Part shown: in pieces, positions 34,949 through 49,900 of the stretch
Layout: each line of letters starts with the position of its first letter
Numbering within the stretch: position 1 is the first letter of the stretch
IMG/VR virus record: IMGVR_UViG_3300043399_000297
Span: 1 to 64,000 of that record
Strand: one strand, 5' to 3'
Length of the DNA: 64,000 bases
Made by a program: the position numbers and the translations under genes
Notes under the pieces: generated by a model
What the model saw: the letters and a program-made list of their open reading frames with translations, nothing else
Told to the model about the DNA's origin: nothing
Databases searched by the model: none

Positions 34949-37900
34949 ATGGCTAGAATCAGAACACTAAACTTTTTACCTGAAGTTTTTCAAACCCCAA
35001 CCAACAGCCAATTTTTGGCAGCTACACTTGATCAGATAGTAAGTGAGCCTAATACTGTTAAGCAACAAGGCTATATCGGCAGTAAGTTAGGTTATGGAGT
35101 GAATGCTCTCGACTACTATGTTACTGAACCAACTAAAACCCGAGTTGACTATCAGTTAGATCCAAGCGTTGTTTTCACAAAGCCCAATGAAACTATTGCA
35201 CAAGATTTTATCACATATCCCGGTATACTTGACGCATTAAAATTGCAGGGAAGCATCACTGATGATAACAGTGAGCTTTTCCAAAGTCAATTTTATTCTT
35301 GGGACAGCTTTGTTGATCTGGACAAGTTGGTTAACTATCAAGAATATTATTGGTTGCCAGAAGGTCCACCTAGTGTTTCTGTTTCTCCCGGATTAGTATA
35401 TTCAGTTGAAGAATACATCGTAACAGATTATGACAATCAATATGGAATTAACGAGAAGACAGCACAGAATAGTGGTCCGTTAAATCCAACATTAACGTTA
35501 TTGCGCGGCGGATCATATACCTTTTCTGTTAATCAAAACAGTCAGTTCTTTATTCAAACTTTGCCGGGCACTAGCGGATATAGCCCCATTCAGCCTAACA
35601 TCCCTACACGAGAAGTATATGGAGTAGAAAACAATGGCGCGTCAACAGGATTTGTAACATTTGATGTTCCCTTAAAAGATGCACAAGACGAATATGATTT
35701 CCCGGGTAATAATATAGTAGATTTAATTTGCACTACTCCGTTTAGTCAGGTCAATGGTCAAATACTAGGCACGTTTACTGATCCAGCGACCGGTGTAACA
35801 TATAATGGATTGAGCGACATTGACGGCATTACCGGTATCGATGGTTTACGAATTATGTTCTATAACACCGGTATCTCAAATGAAGTAGGATATATCAATT
35901 CATATTACGGTGAGACTTCATATGACGTAAATGATGATTATTTTACTTCTCCATTGACAGTAGAAATAAGTTCTACCACTAATAGTGGTTCATATCTAAC
36001 TCTTGGAACAGGGTATACCACTGATCAGTTAATCGTTAATCAAACTATTACTTTTGATACTCCTACACTCGGCGGGCTATCACAAAATGTAGTTTATTTT
36101 GTAAAAGAAATATTAAATTCCACAGACTTTACAATCAGTGAATATATTGAAGGCCCTGCTCTCAGCGTAAATGATGATGCTGGAACAATGATTGCTAACA
36201 TTAATCAAGGACAATATCAACAGGGATTTTATAGCACAGTAAATGATAACTTCTATCGCGTACAATTAGTAGGAACTGGCCCGAATCCTACAATTCGTTT
36301 ATTACCAGATGGCACTATCCCCACTAATCAAAAGATAACACCACAATTCGGTGTTACTTATATTAATCGTCCTTTCTATCGCAATGTAAACGGTGTAATT
36401 GGGTTAATTCCTATTATTACTGCACCATTAGATGTGTTATACTATCAAGATGGCACTAACCCAAATAAAGTTGGGGAAATTCGTTTAGTTGACACTAACG
36501 CAGACAATTATATTAATGTCGATACTCAGATTATCGGCAAAGTAAATTATACTAGTCCAAACGGTGTTGCATTTACAAACGGATTAAAGATAATATTTCA
36601 AGGTAATATTTTCCCTAGTAGATATTTAAATCAAGAATATTATGTCGAGGGAGTTGGAACTAGTATTGAATTGGTTCCTGTATTAAGTCTAGAGTGCCCT
36701 GAGAAGTTTACAATTGGAGAATATATTCCCTGGGATATGTTTGGATTTGACGCAGGCCCCTGGGACATTAGTTTAAATATTCCTGTTTTACCTGACTATA
36801 TTACTATTGCAAGAAACAGCATTAACAAAAATGCCTGGTCGCGCAGCAATCGTTGGTTCCATACTGATATCATCACTCAGACGGCAAACTACAATAATAA
36901 TCCAGACATTTTAACTAGGTATGCAACACTAGAGAACAAGGCGAAAAGGCCAATCATAGAGTTCTACCCTAACATCAAATTGTTTGATAGCGGATCTGTT
37001 GGTAAAAACGCAGTTGATTTCTTCGACACACGAACAACAGATGCTTTTAGTGAGGTTGCGGGATTATATAATTATTATCCTGACGTAGAAGTTTATACAA
37101 AAAATACAGCAGTAATTGACAGCACAATAACTAGCCCTGTATCATCAAGCAGTTTGATTGTTGGTAAGACATATGTTATTACCAGTAAGGGCACGACAAA
37201 CTGGAATACGGCTGCCGGGACAACAGGCTTTTATTATGTAGAAGGGCAAATATTTGTTTGTGAGTCTACTAGTGTTGGAACAGGAACAGCTACTGAACTA
37301 GCATATGGGACAACTATTACCATACCCACAGCAGATATTAATGGTACATTCCAAGAAGGAATGTATGTTGCAGATTATAATAATGTACTTCCTGTTAACA
37401 CACAACTCGATAACATACAAATTGTAGGGTCAGATACTATATTAACCGTTTCCTGGGATCAACCTCAAAATGTTGATACTACTACTACGGTTATTGTAGG
37501 ATCAGATAGCACAGTAAATGCATACGCAGTATATCCGGGAGCAAGAATTGTTTTTGCTAATGATAGTGATCTACAAGTAAGAAATAAAATCTATGTTGTA
37601 GATTATGCAACAATTGGAACAAGTTCACAGCCTATTATTGTATTAAGTCCTGCTGAAGATAGTATGCCATTACCTGATGAAATGATTGCAGTTAATAGAG
37701 GGTATAATTATCAAGGTAAAAGTTTTTACTATAATGGTATTATGTGGGATGAAGCGCAATTAAAAATTGATGTTAATCAACCTCCCAAGTTTGATGTGTT
37801 TGATAACAATAATATAAGTTTCGGTGACACTGATGTTTATAATAGCAGCACCTTCAAGGGATCAACATTATTTGCCTATCAGATAGGTGATGGTCCTGAT

Positions 37901-40900
37901 GATAGTATTCTTGGTTTCCCTATCAAGTATAGCTCAGTTGCTACAATCGGTGATATTGAGTTTGACGTTACACTAAACAGTCAAACATTTAATTATGTCA
38001 GAGAATTCAATTCAATTAATCAGCGCATTAATACTGGTTATGTACACGATTATAATAATGACCTAACTTACGATAGATTGATTGGTTGGGAAACTGCTAT
38101 TGCGCCAAGCACTCAATATCAAGTATTTAATTTTGACTATAAGATCACTACACCCAACAATATCTTAAAGATCGATATTCCAATGATTGATCCTATCCCA
38201 TATGGGCAAGTGGGTTGGCCAACTATTCAAGTATATTACAATAACAAATACGTTGATAGTATTAATGGTTCATATACCGTTACAGTCGAGGATAATGTAA
38301 CATTTGTTCAGTTGAACACACCTCCAATTGTAGACACGGTAGTGCAAGTATTATTGTTAAGTAATGAAACTAGCGCAAATAGTTATTATACTATTCCTAT
38401 CAATTTGTCTAACAATCCACTAAACAACGATATCACCGACGTAAAGTTGGGTGATATTCGTATGCAATATATGGATATGTTTATCAACGCTCCTAATACT
38501 ACAGGAGATGTATTCGGTAAGAATAACTATAGAGATTGTGGCGATCTTGTTCCATATGGCACAAAAATAATTCAGAATAGCGCAAGTCTAGTATTACCCG
38601 GCTTATTTTTACGTAAGCAGAATAATAATTTGTTCAATGCATTATTGTACAATAGCAGAGAATATATCAATTATAAGCAATTGTTAGTCGACACCGTTCA
38701 AAATACTGATTATGATAGACGTTATAGTCCCGCGCAAATACTAGATGATGCTGTCGATCAAATCTCAGCAGCAAGAAGCGAGATTAATTCGTTCTTCTGG
38801 TCAGATATGTTACCTAGCAAGACGCCGTTTAGAAGTAACACATATATCTTTAATAGCAACTTAGATACTACTCGTTATCCACTGAGCCACGTGTATAATT
38901 TTGAAAGTGCTAACTATGATGGTGTATTAGTATACATTACTAGAGAAGTAAACAACAATTATGTAACAAAACAGTTGATTCGTAATGTTGATTATACTAT
39001 AGATCAAGAAAGCCCAACAGTTGTAGTAACACTCGACTTAGTGCCGGGAGACTATATTACGGTTAATGAATATAATCAGACATATGGATCATATGTTCCC
39101 AATACTCCAAGTAAATTAGGATTGTACCCATTATACATTCCTGAGGTAATATTGGACAGTGATTATATTACTCCGACTTATTTCATTCTAGGTCACGATG
39201 GCAGCTATACCAAACTCTATGGCGATTATATTCCAGAGTTCGATATACTGACTGATTTTAGAGATCAGGTATTATTAGAATTTGAACAACGAATTTATAA
39301 TAATTGCAAGTTAAGCACCGAAGTACCTATTAGAATCTATGAAGTATTGCCTGGCTTCTTTAGAGAAAGCACTTACACCTATAACGAATATCTAGAGATG
39401 TACTCAAGTAGTTTCTTAAATTGGGTAGGACAAAATAGATTAGATTACAAGACACAATATTTCAATAGAAATAATGAATTCACATATAACTATACGAATT
39501 CAAGCAACAAGTTGAATCGTATGCCAATTCAGCAGGGCAATTTCAGAGGTGTCTACGAGTATTTCTATGATACATCTACTCCTAATTTAACACCTTGGCA
39601 AATGCTTGGCTTTAGTAATATGCCAACTTGGTGGGTTGATAGATATGGTCCCGCTCCATATACTAGTGGCAATGAAATACTTTGGAATGATTTAGAGCAG
39701 GGTTATATCTATAATAACGGCGATGGATATATTGATAGTTTGTTTGCTCGTCCTGGATTATCGAATATAATTCCAGTAGACCAAGATGGTAATTTATTAA
39801 GCCCGTTGTATAGTATTGTTGCTGACTACAACCCAAGTACGTTCCAAAAGGATTGGAAGGTAGGAGATGATGGTCCTGTAGAATTCAGCTATCGTCGTAG
39901 CTCAAGTTATCCATTCGATGTAATTAGAATATTTGCATTGACGCGCCCCGCAGAATTATACAATCTAGGTGTTGACTTGGATAACTACAAGTACAATGAA
40001 GAATTCAATCAATATTTGGTTAACGATAGAAGCCATCTTGTCATAAGTGACATTGAAGTCTATGGTAACGGGACAGCTAAGACAAGCTATATCAATTGGA
40101 TCGTTGATTATCAAAAGCAAGTAGGTGTAGATGCTACAACTGAAATTTCTACATTACTTGACAACTTAGATGTACGATTGGTATACAGATTAGCTGGCTT
40201 CAGCGATAAAACATTATTGCAGTTTTATGTAGAAAAGTCAAGTGCAAACACAACAGACAGTGCATTATTGATTCCTGACGAGAGCTATAGTATATTACTA
40301 TACGACAACCAACCGTTTGAGCAATTAATGTATTCTAGCGTTATTGTTCAGCTTAATAATGACGGCACGTTTAGTATATACGGTAACGCTCAGAACTTTG
40401 CGTATTTCACTACATATAAACCAACTACTAATTCTAAAATAGAAAATTATGAAGTCGGTAACGTTAAAGTAACAGTCAGTGTTGATCACACTACTGAAGA
40501 ACAACTAGTGCCATATGGCACTAAGTTTTATACTGCCCAAGAAGTAGCACAATTCTTGATGAACTATGATGCATATCTACAAGATAAGGGTATGCAGTTT
40601 ACTTCACAGATTTATGGAACAGAAATTAATTTTATATTAATGATTCAAGAGTTCTTATACTGGATTCAGACTGGGTGGGAAAACGGAAGCATTATTACAT
40701 TAAATCCTTCAGCAACAGATATCGTCATTGAGAAAGATGGTAATGTTGTTCAACCATTGACATTGCAACAGCAGAACTTTATATTGAATCAGGATCTATA
40801 TCCTATTCAATTAAACAATCTATGTGTTATACGCGATGAGAACAACTTTAAGGTGCATACTTTAAATCAGGGTGATAGTATGAGCTATGCCCAGTTTAAC

Positions 40901-43900
40901 ATTGGCAACATCGAACAAGCTGTTGTATTCGACAATGTAACATTGTTTAACGATTTGATATATAATACCACAACCGGATTAAGACAGAATAGAATTTATC
41001 TACGAGGTGCAAAGACTGCTGAATGGAATGGCACTATTAATGCCTGGGGCTTTATTTTAAATCAGGACAATATAAAAGAATGGTCAAGATATGTAAAATA
41101 TCCTAAGGGTATTATTGTAAAATATAAGAACAAATATTGGACTGCATTAACTACTGTTGAACCCAATAATCAGTTCGTTGAACAGCAGTGGAAGATTATC
41201 GATTATCAAGATATTCAAAAAGGGTTGTTACCAAACGCAGCTAATCGTGCATATGAAAGCACACTATATTACAACAGTGACAAGGCTAATCTTGAACAGG
41301 ATGCAGATTTATTGAGCTTTAGCTTGATTGGATATCGCCCTAGAGATTATCTAGCTGTCGCAGATTTGACAGACATTACCCAAGTCAATGTATATAAGAA
41401 TTTGATTCGCAATAAGGGAACAAAGAACGCTACATATGCCTTCAAGGGCGCCAATCTTCCCCAGGGAGGAATCGATTACACAGTCTATGAAAATTGGGCA
41501 ATTAAGACAGGTGAATATGGAGGAGTACTTAACGAGAACTTTGTAGAGTTCAAACTAGATCAACCGTCATTGACCGGTAATCCAACTATCGTATCATTAA
41601 CAAATGGCACTCCAACAGTAGGTTCTCAGCAAGAAGTTCCATTGTATGATTTATTCAACTATGGAAGATATGTTACTGATCCCAATGTCTTGAATACATT
41701 AGATACAACTGATAATGATATTTTATATCCGACGGCAGGTTATGTCAACTACAATGATGTTAGAATGAGTTCATTCTATTACGCAGGATTACCTAACAGC
41801 GTAGATAAATCAGGAACATTAATACCTATTAATGATTTCTATGTAAGAGATTATGTTTGGTTAGCTAATTATAAAGAAACTTGGCAGGTATATACTTGGA
41901 AACCGATTGGACAAGTGTTACAAGTAAGGGGCAATTTAAATGGTACTACTGTAGTTACCTTTGCAGAACCGCACAATCTAAAGAAACTAGATTCACTGTC
42001 TATAATTAATTTCGCTAATAACGTTAACGGTTACTATATTATCACTGAGGTAATAAATCTATATGAAGTAGAAATCAATCTGTCTATACCCAATAGAACT
42101 ATTAATGCACAGATACAGGGTACTGGAATTGGTTTAACCTTCACTTCGCAAAGAGTCACTAAGCCCGGCGACATTAGTAATCTAGACTTAACACAAAGTG
42201 AATTCAGCAAAAACACTGTTTGGGTTGATGAGAATACTGATGGTAACTGGGCAGTATATCGCAAGGGATTAAACTATAATTTAAATGCAAGCATCACAAA
42301 AGAGTCAAGTAGTAACTTCGGCTCAAGTGTTGCTTTCACTAACGTAGGTGATTATCTAATAGGTGATAGTAATCTTGGTGAAGTATATAGATATTCTATT
42401 AATAATGATGGGACATACCAGGTAACAGAAACATTATCTGGTGACACAAGCTTTGGTTCATCAATTGTTTATGCAACAAGTAAACCAATATATGCAATTA
42501 CTGAACCGACTAGTGCAAACCCCAAAGTACAGATTTATGTAATTAATACTAATACCGCACTGACAGACGATTATCTACTAGTTCAAACAATAGATGCACC
42601 AATTAGTATTACTGATTGGGGAAGCAGCGTTGCAATCAGTAACGATGGTAACTATCTGTTCATTAGAGATGTTGGTAATACACAGTTCTATGTCTATGCA
42701 AGACAACATCTTCCATTAAATGCGGGATATTTCGTATCCGGCGAAACATATGAGATTACTGAGCTTGGTGATACAGACTTTACTGCGATCGGCGCAATTG
42801 AAAATAAAGTTGGCATAATATTTGTTGCAACTGGCATAGGAACTGGTACTGGTTCTGCTACCCAGATATCCTATAAGTATGCTAATGTCATTGACGGTTC
42901 GTCAATTTATAATATTGGTGATAATTTTGGATTCGATATCTCAACAAATGATGACGCTAGTTCTGTTGTTATAACTGCACCTAATTTTGATCAAGTCAGT
43001 GGTGTTACTGATTGGGGCAGTGCAACTGTTTACCAAAAGACACAGCAAACATTCGAAGCACAATTTACGTCAAATGAGAATACGCCCCAATTCTTTGATT
43101 TGATTTGGTCCCCAAATAGTATTAATAAAACAGTGCTGTCTACTAATAGTGCAGGTAATATAATTACACTCAACAATACAAGCGCATTAACTGTTAATGA
43201 TCCTATTATCTTCTATGGTGGAGGATTAGAGGGAACAAATATCAACGGTTATAAAGTATATTATATCAATAGCATAAGCGGAAGTAATATCACTATTAAA
43301 ACATCAAGAAGTTCTACTACGCCGGTGACTTTAGCTACTGAGGTAACAGTTAATGCAGATGCTGCTATTACTAATGTTCCATTGTTTGTTTATAGAAATG
43401 GCACATTAGTTGATGACAGTAACTATGGTGTTATTAATAGTCAATTAGTATATACTACAGTATTAAACGCCGGCGACATTATTAATGTTCAGGGTAGCCA
43501 GTATAATGATGTACAAACATTTAATTCATCAAGAGACGATAGAATTAACATTCAGTTTGGTTATAGCGTTGATAATGCATTGAAGGGTTCAGAAATCTTA
43601 ATCGGTTCTCCTTATGAAATCAATGACGAAAATCAAGAGGGACAAGTTTATAGATATACTAACCTAGGCGCTAAGATTGGTATTATTATTGCAGAAAACG
43701 AATGCAATATTACAAGTGACTGTGCATTTTTATTAAATGGATATAGTGTTTATGCTACAGCAGGTGATACTGCTGTTGACGTAGCAAACAATATTAATAC
43801 TAGCAAAATACCTAATGTTCAGGCATCTTCAGTTAACAACAAATTGATGATTGAAATCTTAAATGAAAATATGTCTATCGTTAATAGTAAGTTGCAAATT

Positions 43901-46900
43901 ACAGTAGTAGACAAAACTGTTTTAGAAGATTTGGGTATTACATTATATACAAATACGCAAGTTATTTCTTGCCCTCATAAAGAGGGTCCTACTCAGTTTG
44001 GTAAAAAGATCAAGTTCAATGAGTTTGGTTCAGCAGCGATCGGCGCCCCAGTTGGTACTCGTTATCAAGCTACTACTTTCGACTTCACAGATGATGAAAA
44101 TCTTCATAATGATACAGTGTTTGACAATAATGCTACACGCTTTATTGATCAATGGCCTAACGCCGGCGCAGTATATATGTTTGACTTGTTGGCTAACTAT
44201 ACTAATGACACAGTTGATCCCGGTAAGTTTGCTTATGCTCAGCCTGTCAATAGCGATAGCGAATTGTTTGGAAATAGTCCATATTATGGTATAGCAATTG
44301 ATTTTAACGAGTATAATGTAATAGTAGGTGCTCCTAATTATCTACCGTTTATTGATAGTGGTCAGGCAACTGTATACACTAACTACACTGGTGTCAGAGA
44401 TTGGAGTGAATATAGACAGTCAAGTGCAATAGTTGATGTTAGTAAGATACAGGACACTCAGTTGTTCAGCAACTTAACTAACAACACACTAGTAAATCTT
44501 GATTATATGGATCCCTTGCAAGGCAAACTATTAGGCGTAGTAAGAGAAAATATTGATTTCGTAAGTAAAGTTGATCCAGCCTATTATAATAGTGATAGTT
44601 CTCCGTTAACAGGAAAAGTTTGGGGAGCGGATAATATTGGTGAAATTTGGTTTAACACAGAAAATGTTAGATTTATTAATTATCATCAAAATGATGTAGT
44701 ATACAACAGTAAGTATTGGGGAACATTATTCCCCGGTAGCGATGTTGCTATGTACACCTGGGTTATAAGTGACGTTCCCCCGTCAAATTACCCTGGACCC
44801 GGCATACCATATGACTTTAATTTATATTCAGTTGGCGGAACACTTAATGCAAGCAATGTTGTAGTACCTGTATACTACTTCTGGGTACGCAATTCAGGAA
44901 TTGTTACACAGAAAAGAAATAAGACACTAAGCGATATTACATTAGCTCAATATGTTGCAAACCCTCAGAATTCTGGAATTGCATATATGGCACCTATACT
45001 ACCAAATACATTTGCATTGTATAATAGTGGTCAATATATAAATGCAGATGATACTGTGTTCCACTTGGGATATGCTAATGGCACGAGTGATGATGTTTCA
45101 CACAGTGAATACGCATTAATAAGAGAAAATTTTGAAGATGATTTCTTGCCGGGATTACCGTTAACTGTTAATACATCTCACAATTTAGCACAGCACGGAT
45201 TATATCCTGCAATATCAAATGAAGAACCATATTCACTATATGCGAGAATGCTAGACAGCTTAAGTGGTTGCACTTTCAACACTGACCCTGAGCAGCTAGC
45301 TGGTCAAGTTGTACCTGATCCGTTCTTACCAATTAATTATCAAAGTGGTATATTAGTAAGACCTAGACAGAGCTTCTTCTATGATAGATTGTTGGCACTA
45401 AAGAATTATATCACATATGCCAATGAAGTGTTAATGAATTATCCTATCACTGAATTGAAGCCAGACTTGTATTTCTTATTCACTAGCGGTGAATATTATA
45501 ATACAGCAGACTATTGGGAATACACTGATTGGTATTATCCAGGTTATAACAGTGCCACGAAGCCTACATTGCAAGTTCGTGAATATGCAGACTTGTCTGG
45601 GTTAAATGTTGCAGTAAACACTATTGTTAAGGTACTTACAAACGGAGCCGGACTAAATGAATTCTATCGTTATGATGGACAAGATGTTTGGACAAGAGTA
45701 TACTTGCAAAACGGTACAATACAGTTCAAGTCAAGTTTATATGACTATAGTGCAAATAAGATAGGTTTCGGAGGTGACTTCTTTGACACTGCTACCTTTG
45801 ATAATTATCCAAGCACAGAAACACGTTATATTATACGTGCGTTGAATGAGCAGATTTATACTGAAGACTTATTGCCTTATCGTAACAAGAGTTTGATATT
45901 ATTGTTTGAATACATTCAATCTGAAACTATTGAATCTCAGAATTATTTACCGTGGCTTAATAAAACAAGCTTGATGGATGTATCACATATCATACGCGAA
46001 CTAAAACCATATGAAGTATTCAAGAGTGACAATCAAGTGTTCCTCGAGGGTTATATTAATGAAGTAAAACCCTACCACGTGGTTATCAAAGATTTCTTAT
46101 TCAAGTATACCGGAACCGAAGAATACAACTTGTCAAATCTTACTGACTTTGATGTTCCGGCAACATATAATGAAAATTATAGAAAATATATTAGTCCTCA
46201 ACTAGTGTATTCAACTCCTAATAATGAATATGAGTATGAACTTAATAATGATATTTGGAATACAGCTCCATACTATCAGTATTATAATAATAGGGGAATG
46301 ACATTAGATGGTCAGCCCGAGTATTTGATTACTAGACTTTCAACATATGTATCAATAGGTGACAACTATCTTGTGGTAGATAACTCAGCTGGCTTCCCTA
46401 TTAACGGAACTATAACCATTGATGAAGAAATTATTAGTTATGCTTATGTTGATCGTGCATACAATATACTATATGGTCTAGTAAGAGGTTTACAGGGCAC
46501 AAGACAAGCTACCCACCTTCCGGGCAGCGAAATCTATATGGATCTTCCCCCGATTGTAGTGTTAGATGGTGGCAGAAATTATGTGAACCCACCCTCAATA
46601 AAATGCGTATATGATTCTGCATTCCCTGAACCAATTATACCGGCCATACTAGAGCCTATTATGGCAGCAGGTACGTTGATAGGAGTTGACGTAGTAGAGC
46701 CAGGCTATGGTTATATGGCACAGCCCACTATTGAAATTGCCCCGTCAAGTGAAATATATTTTTCACAAACAGCAATTAACTCACTGCTTCACACTATCAA
46801 TCTATCTAATGTTAATTTGTATACCGGTGACATTGTAAGATTCAAGGCAGGGACAAATGGAGTTGCGCCGACTAAGTTGGTAGATGGCGAATGGTATTAT

Positions 46901-49900
46901 GTCAACGTATTAGAAAGTGTCCCATCTTATATCATTGCATTGTATTCTAATTATTCTGATGCTATCAAAGACCACGATAGAATTGAAATTGCAGTAAATG
47001 GAACGTCATCGGACATGGCATTGTTGCCCGGGGCAAAGGCATATGCAATTACGTCAAGCTCTCCTACTAGAGAGAATAATATTAAGCTTAAGTTTGACAG
47101 AACAACATATACATCACAAGTATTAGACTGGAAAGAAAGTTCTTACTATAGTGCATATTTTGCAGGCAAATATTATCAACCTGAATCCTTAGCAAGCTCT
47201 AGTTATACCTTAGAAAATACAATGCCTAACATCGGTGATCTACTTGCTAGTGCTAGCGGTGTAGTATTTGAAATTGCTGAGGTAAATGACGATCAATATA
47301 TCGATTGGTCATCATATATTAGATATGTCGCTGAAACTTCAAGTGCCAATAATAGTATTAGACTAATTCCGCAAGATAACAACAATGATCCATTAAATCC
47401 TGAGGTAAATAATTCAGGAACTACAGTAGGTTTCTATAAGAATATGCCTATTAAGTTTGTGGGCGCGGTAATAGGTAACTTAGTAGATAGCACAACTTAC
47501 TATGTTAGTGAGATATTAAGCGAAATTGAATTTACTGTTAGTGAATCTATCGATGGTCCTGTATTTGCATTAACAAATGGTTCTTGGCCAGATAATAGCA
47601 CACTGTTGAAGTGCTATACCGGTAATATCAATAGCACAACTATACTCACTGTAAACTATCCTAGCATACTAAATGTCACGAACACCACTAAAACAATTAA
47701 CAGTATTACGGTACCATTAACTTCAATTGGTACGGGCGGTACAATTGGTTTTTATCCTACACTTCCATTATTCTTTACAAGCAATGGAAATAACAGTGTG
47801 TTTGGAAACATAGTAGAGAACAGACCTTATTATGTAAACACTATTATAGATAATGAGAACTTTACTATTTCTGAAAGTGAAGATGTAATTTCTACTACAG
47901 TAACCGAAACAAATCAAACAACTGATACGGTTACGGTTGATTCTACTGAAAACTTTAATATTAATGATCCTATTATCTTTAATAATTTTGTATTTACAGC
48001 CGGAGACTTTGTAATAGGACAAACCTATACTATATTAACAGTTGGAACTACAGACTATACAAGCATAGGATCAATATCAAATGTTGTAGGAACCACCTTC
48101 ACTGCTACTGGAGTTGGTAGTGGTACTGGCACAGCATCTTCTAACTTGTTCGGTACTATTGAGTCTGGTACCCTTTATTGTGTAAACGAAATTGTTAGTA
48201 GCACTGAACTCAAGATTTCTACAAAAGCTAACTTTGATGTATATGCATTGAACGATCAAATAGGTACGGCTACACTAACCGATCAATCAAACACGGTAGC
48301 ACTAACGACGGCTGAAGGGTCAATGTATGTCAATGTTTCTCTGCCAGTAAGCCCTGGCCAAATTGACGGACAGAAATTCAGTTTTTATAAAACATCAGGA
48401 CAATATGTAGAATTGAGCGGCAGCGTAAGCAATCTAATTGAAACTGATATTAACGCTACAATTAGTAGTGTGGATAGAGTTGCATTAGCATTCAACACTG
48501 ATATGACTAATTTTTATGTCAATATGCCAATCGAAGTCTCAGTAAATGTTGGTGGATTGGTGACAGGAACACCTTATTATATTACCGAATATTCAGGAGA
48601 ATTAATCCCTGATCCAGATCCTGAAAATGTAGGTAAATATATTAATAGACCAAACATTCAGGTTACTGTATCAAATACTAGTGATATAGAAAATGTCCTA
48701 ACTTGCGATACTACTGAGAGTTTATTCGTAGGTATGCCAATTGTATTTTCTGGAGTAGGATTAGGAGGAATAACGATTGGTCAACAATATTTTGTAAGTT
48801 CAATTAATGATAGCACCCGTTTTACTATTGCATCAACGAAAGAATCTACGACAACAGTAACACAAGTTGATTCAATTACTCTCAATATAACAGTGAATGA
48901 TACCTCTATCTTTAATGTCGGCGATGGCGTAATGTTTAGAGGAAGTATAGTAGGCGGGCAATTAGATTCAACGACAACATATTATGTTGAAACTATTGGG
49001 GTCAATACTATTAAAGTTACTGATACCAAGTATTCAAATGGAACATTGGGAGCGCCAATAGATCCGGGCACTGGTACTGGTAATTTTACTATTGCTAACA
49101 TCGTAGTTCTTACTGCTGCGTCGGGAACAATGATTGGTACTGGTGATCCTTATATTAAACTTTCCAGCACACTATCACCTAGTACGCCTGTCGCACTAAC
49201 TGACGATAACAGCGGATCATCAAAGATGATTCAATATCCTGATCCACTTGGTTCCTATCCTACATTCTCAATATCATATCTGTTGGGAGGATATAGAGTA
49301 TTAATTATTAATTCAAGCAGCGGTTTTGCAATTAATAATACTATAACTATACCGGGCACTGATGTAGGAGGTTCAAGCCCTGCTAACGATATTACATTAA
49401 TTGTAAATCAAATTAATACGACCGGCGAAATTCTTGATGTAATTGCTAATGGTACTGTGCCTGTAACAAGTAATCAATATTATCTACAAGTTCGTTCGCC
49501 TAATACACTAGCAGTATATAGTGATCCATTAATGGATATTCCAGTAAGTTATAATGATTTTGATTATGTGGGCTTCACTAAAGTAGGCGTTTCGCAAGTT
49601 TCTAGCATTGGTAATTATATCACCGTCACTGACTCAAGTGTGTTTGCAGAGAACGATGAAGTCATATTCACTGGAACAAGCTTAGGTAATATTGTAATAG
49701 GCAAATCTTATTACATTTATTATATCTTCAGTCCCACAGTTGTTATAGTAAGCGAAACCCCTTATGGTCCAATGTTTGACCCAGGTAATGGAACAGGTAG
49801 TGCAAGTGATTTGACTATGGCAAAAGCTGGAAGCTTTTGCGTACTTCCTGAACCATTCTACTTCAATCAATCAATTGTTAGATATAATAATAGACTTTAT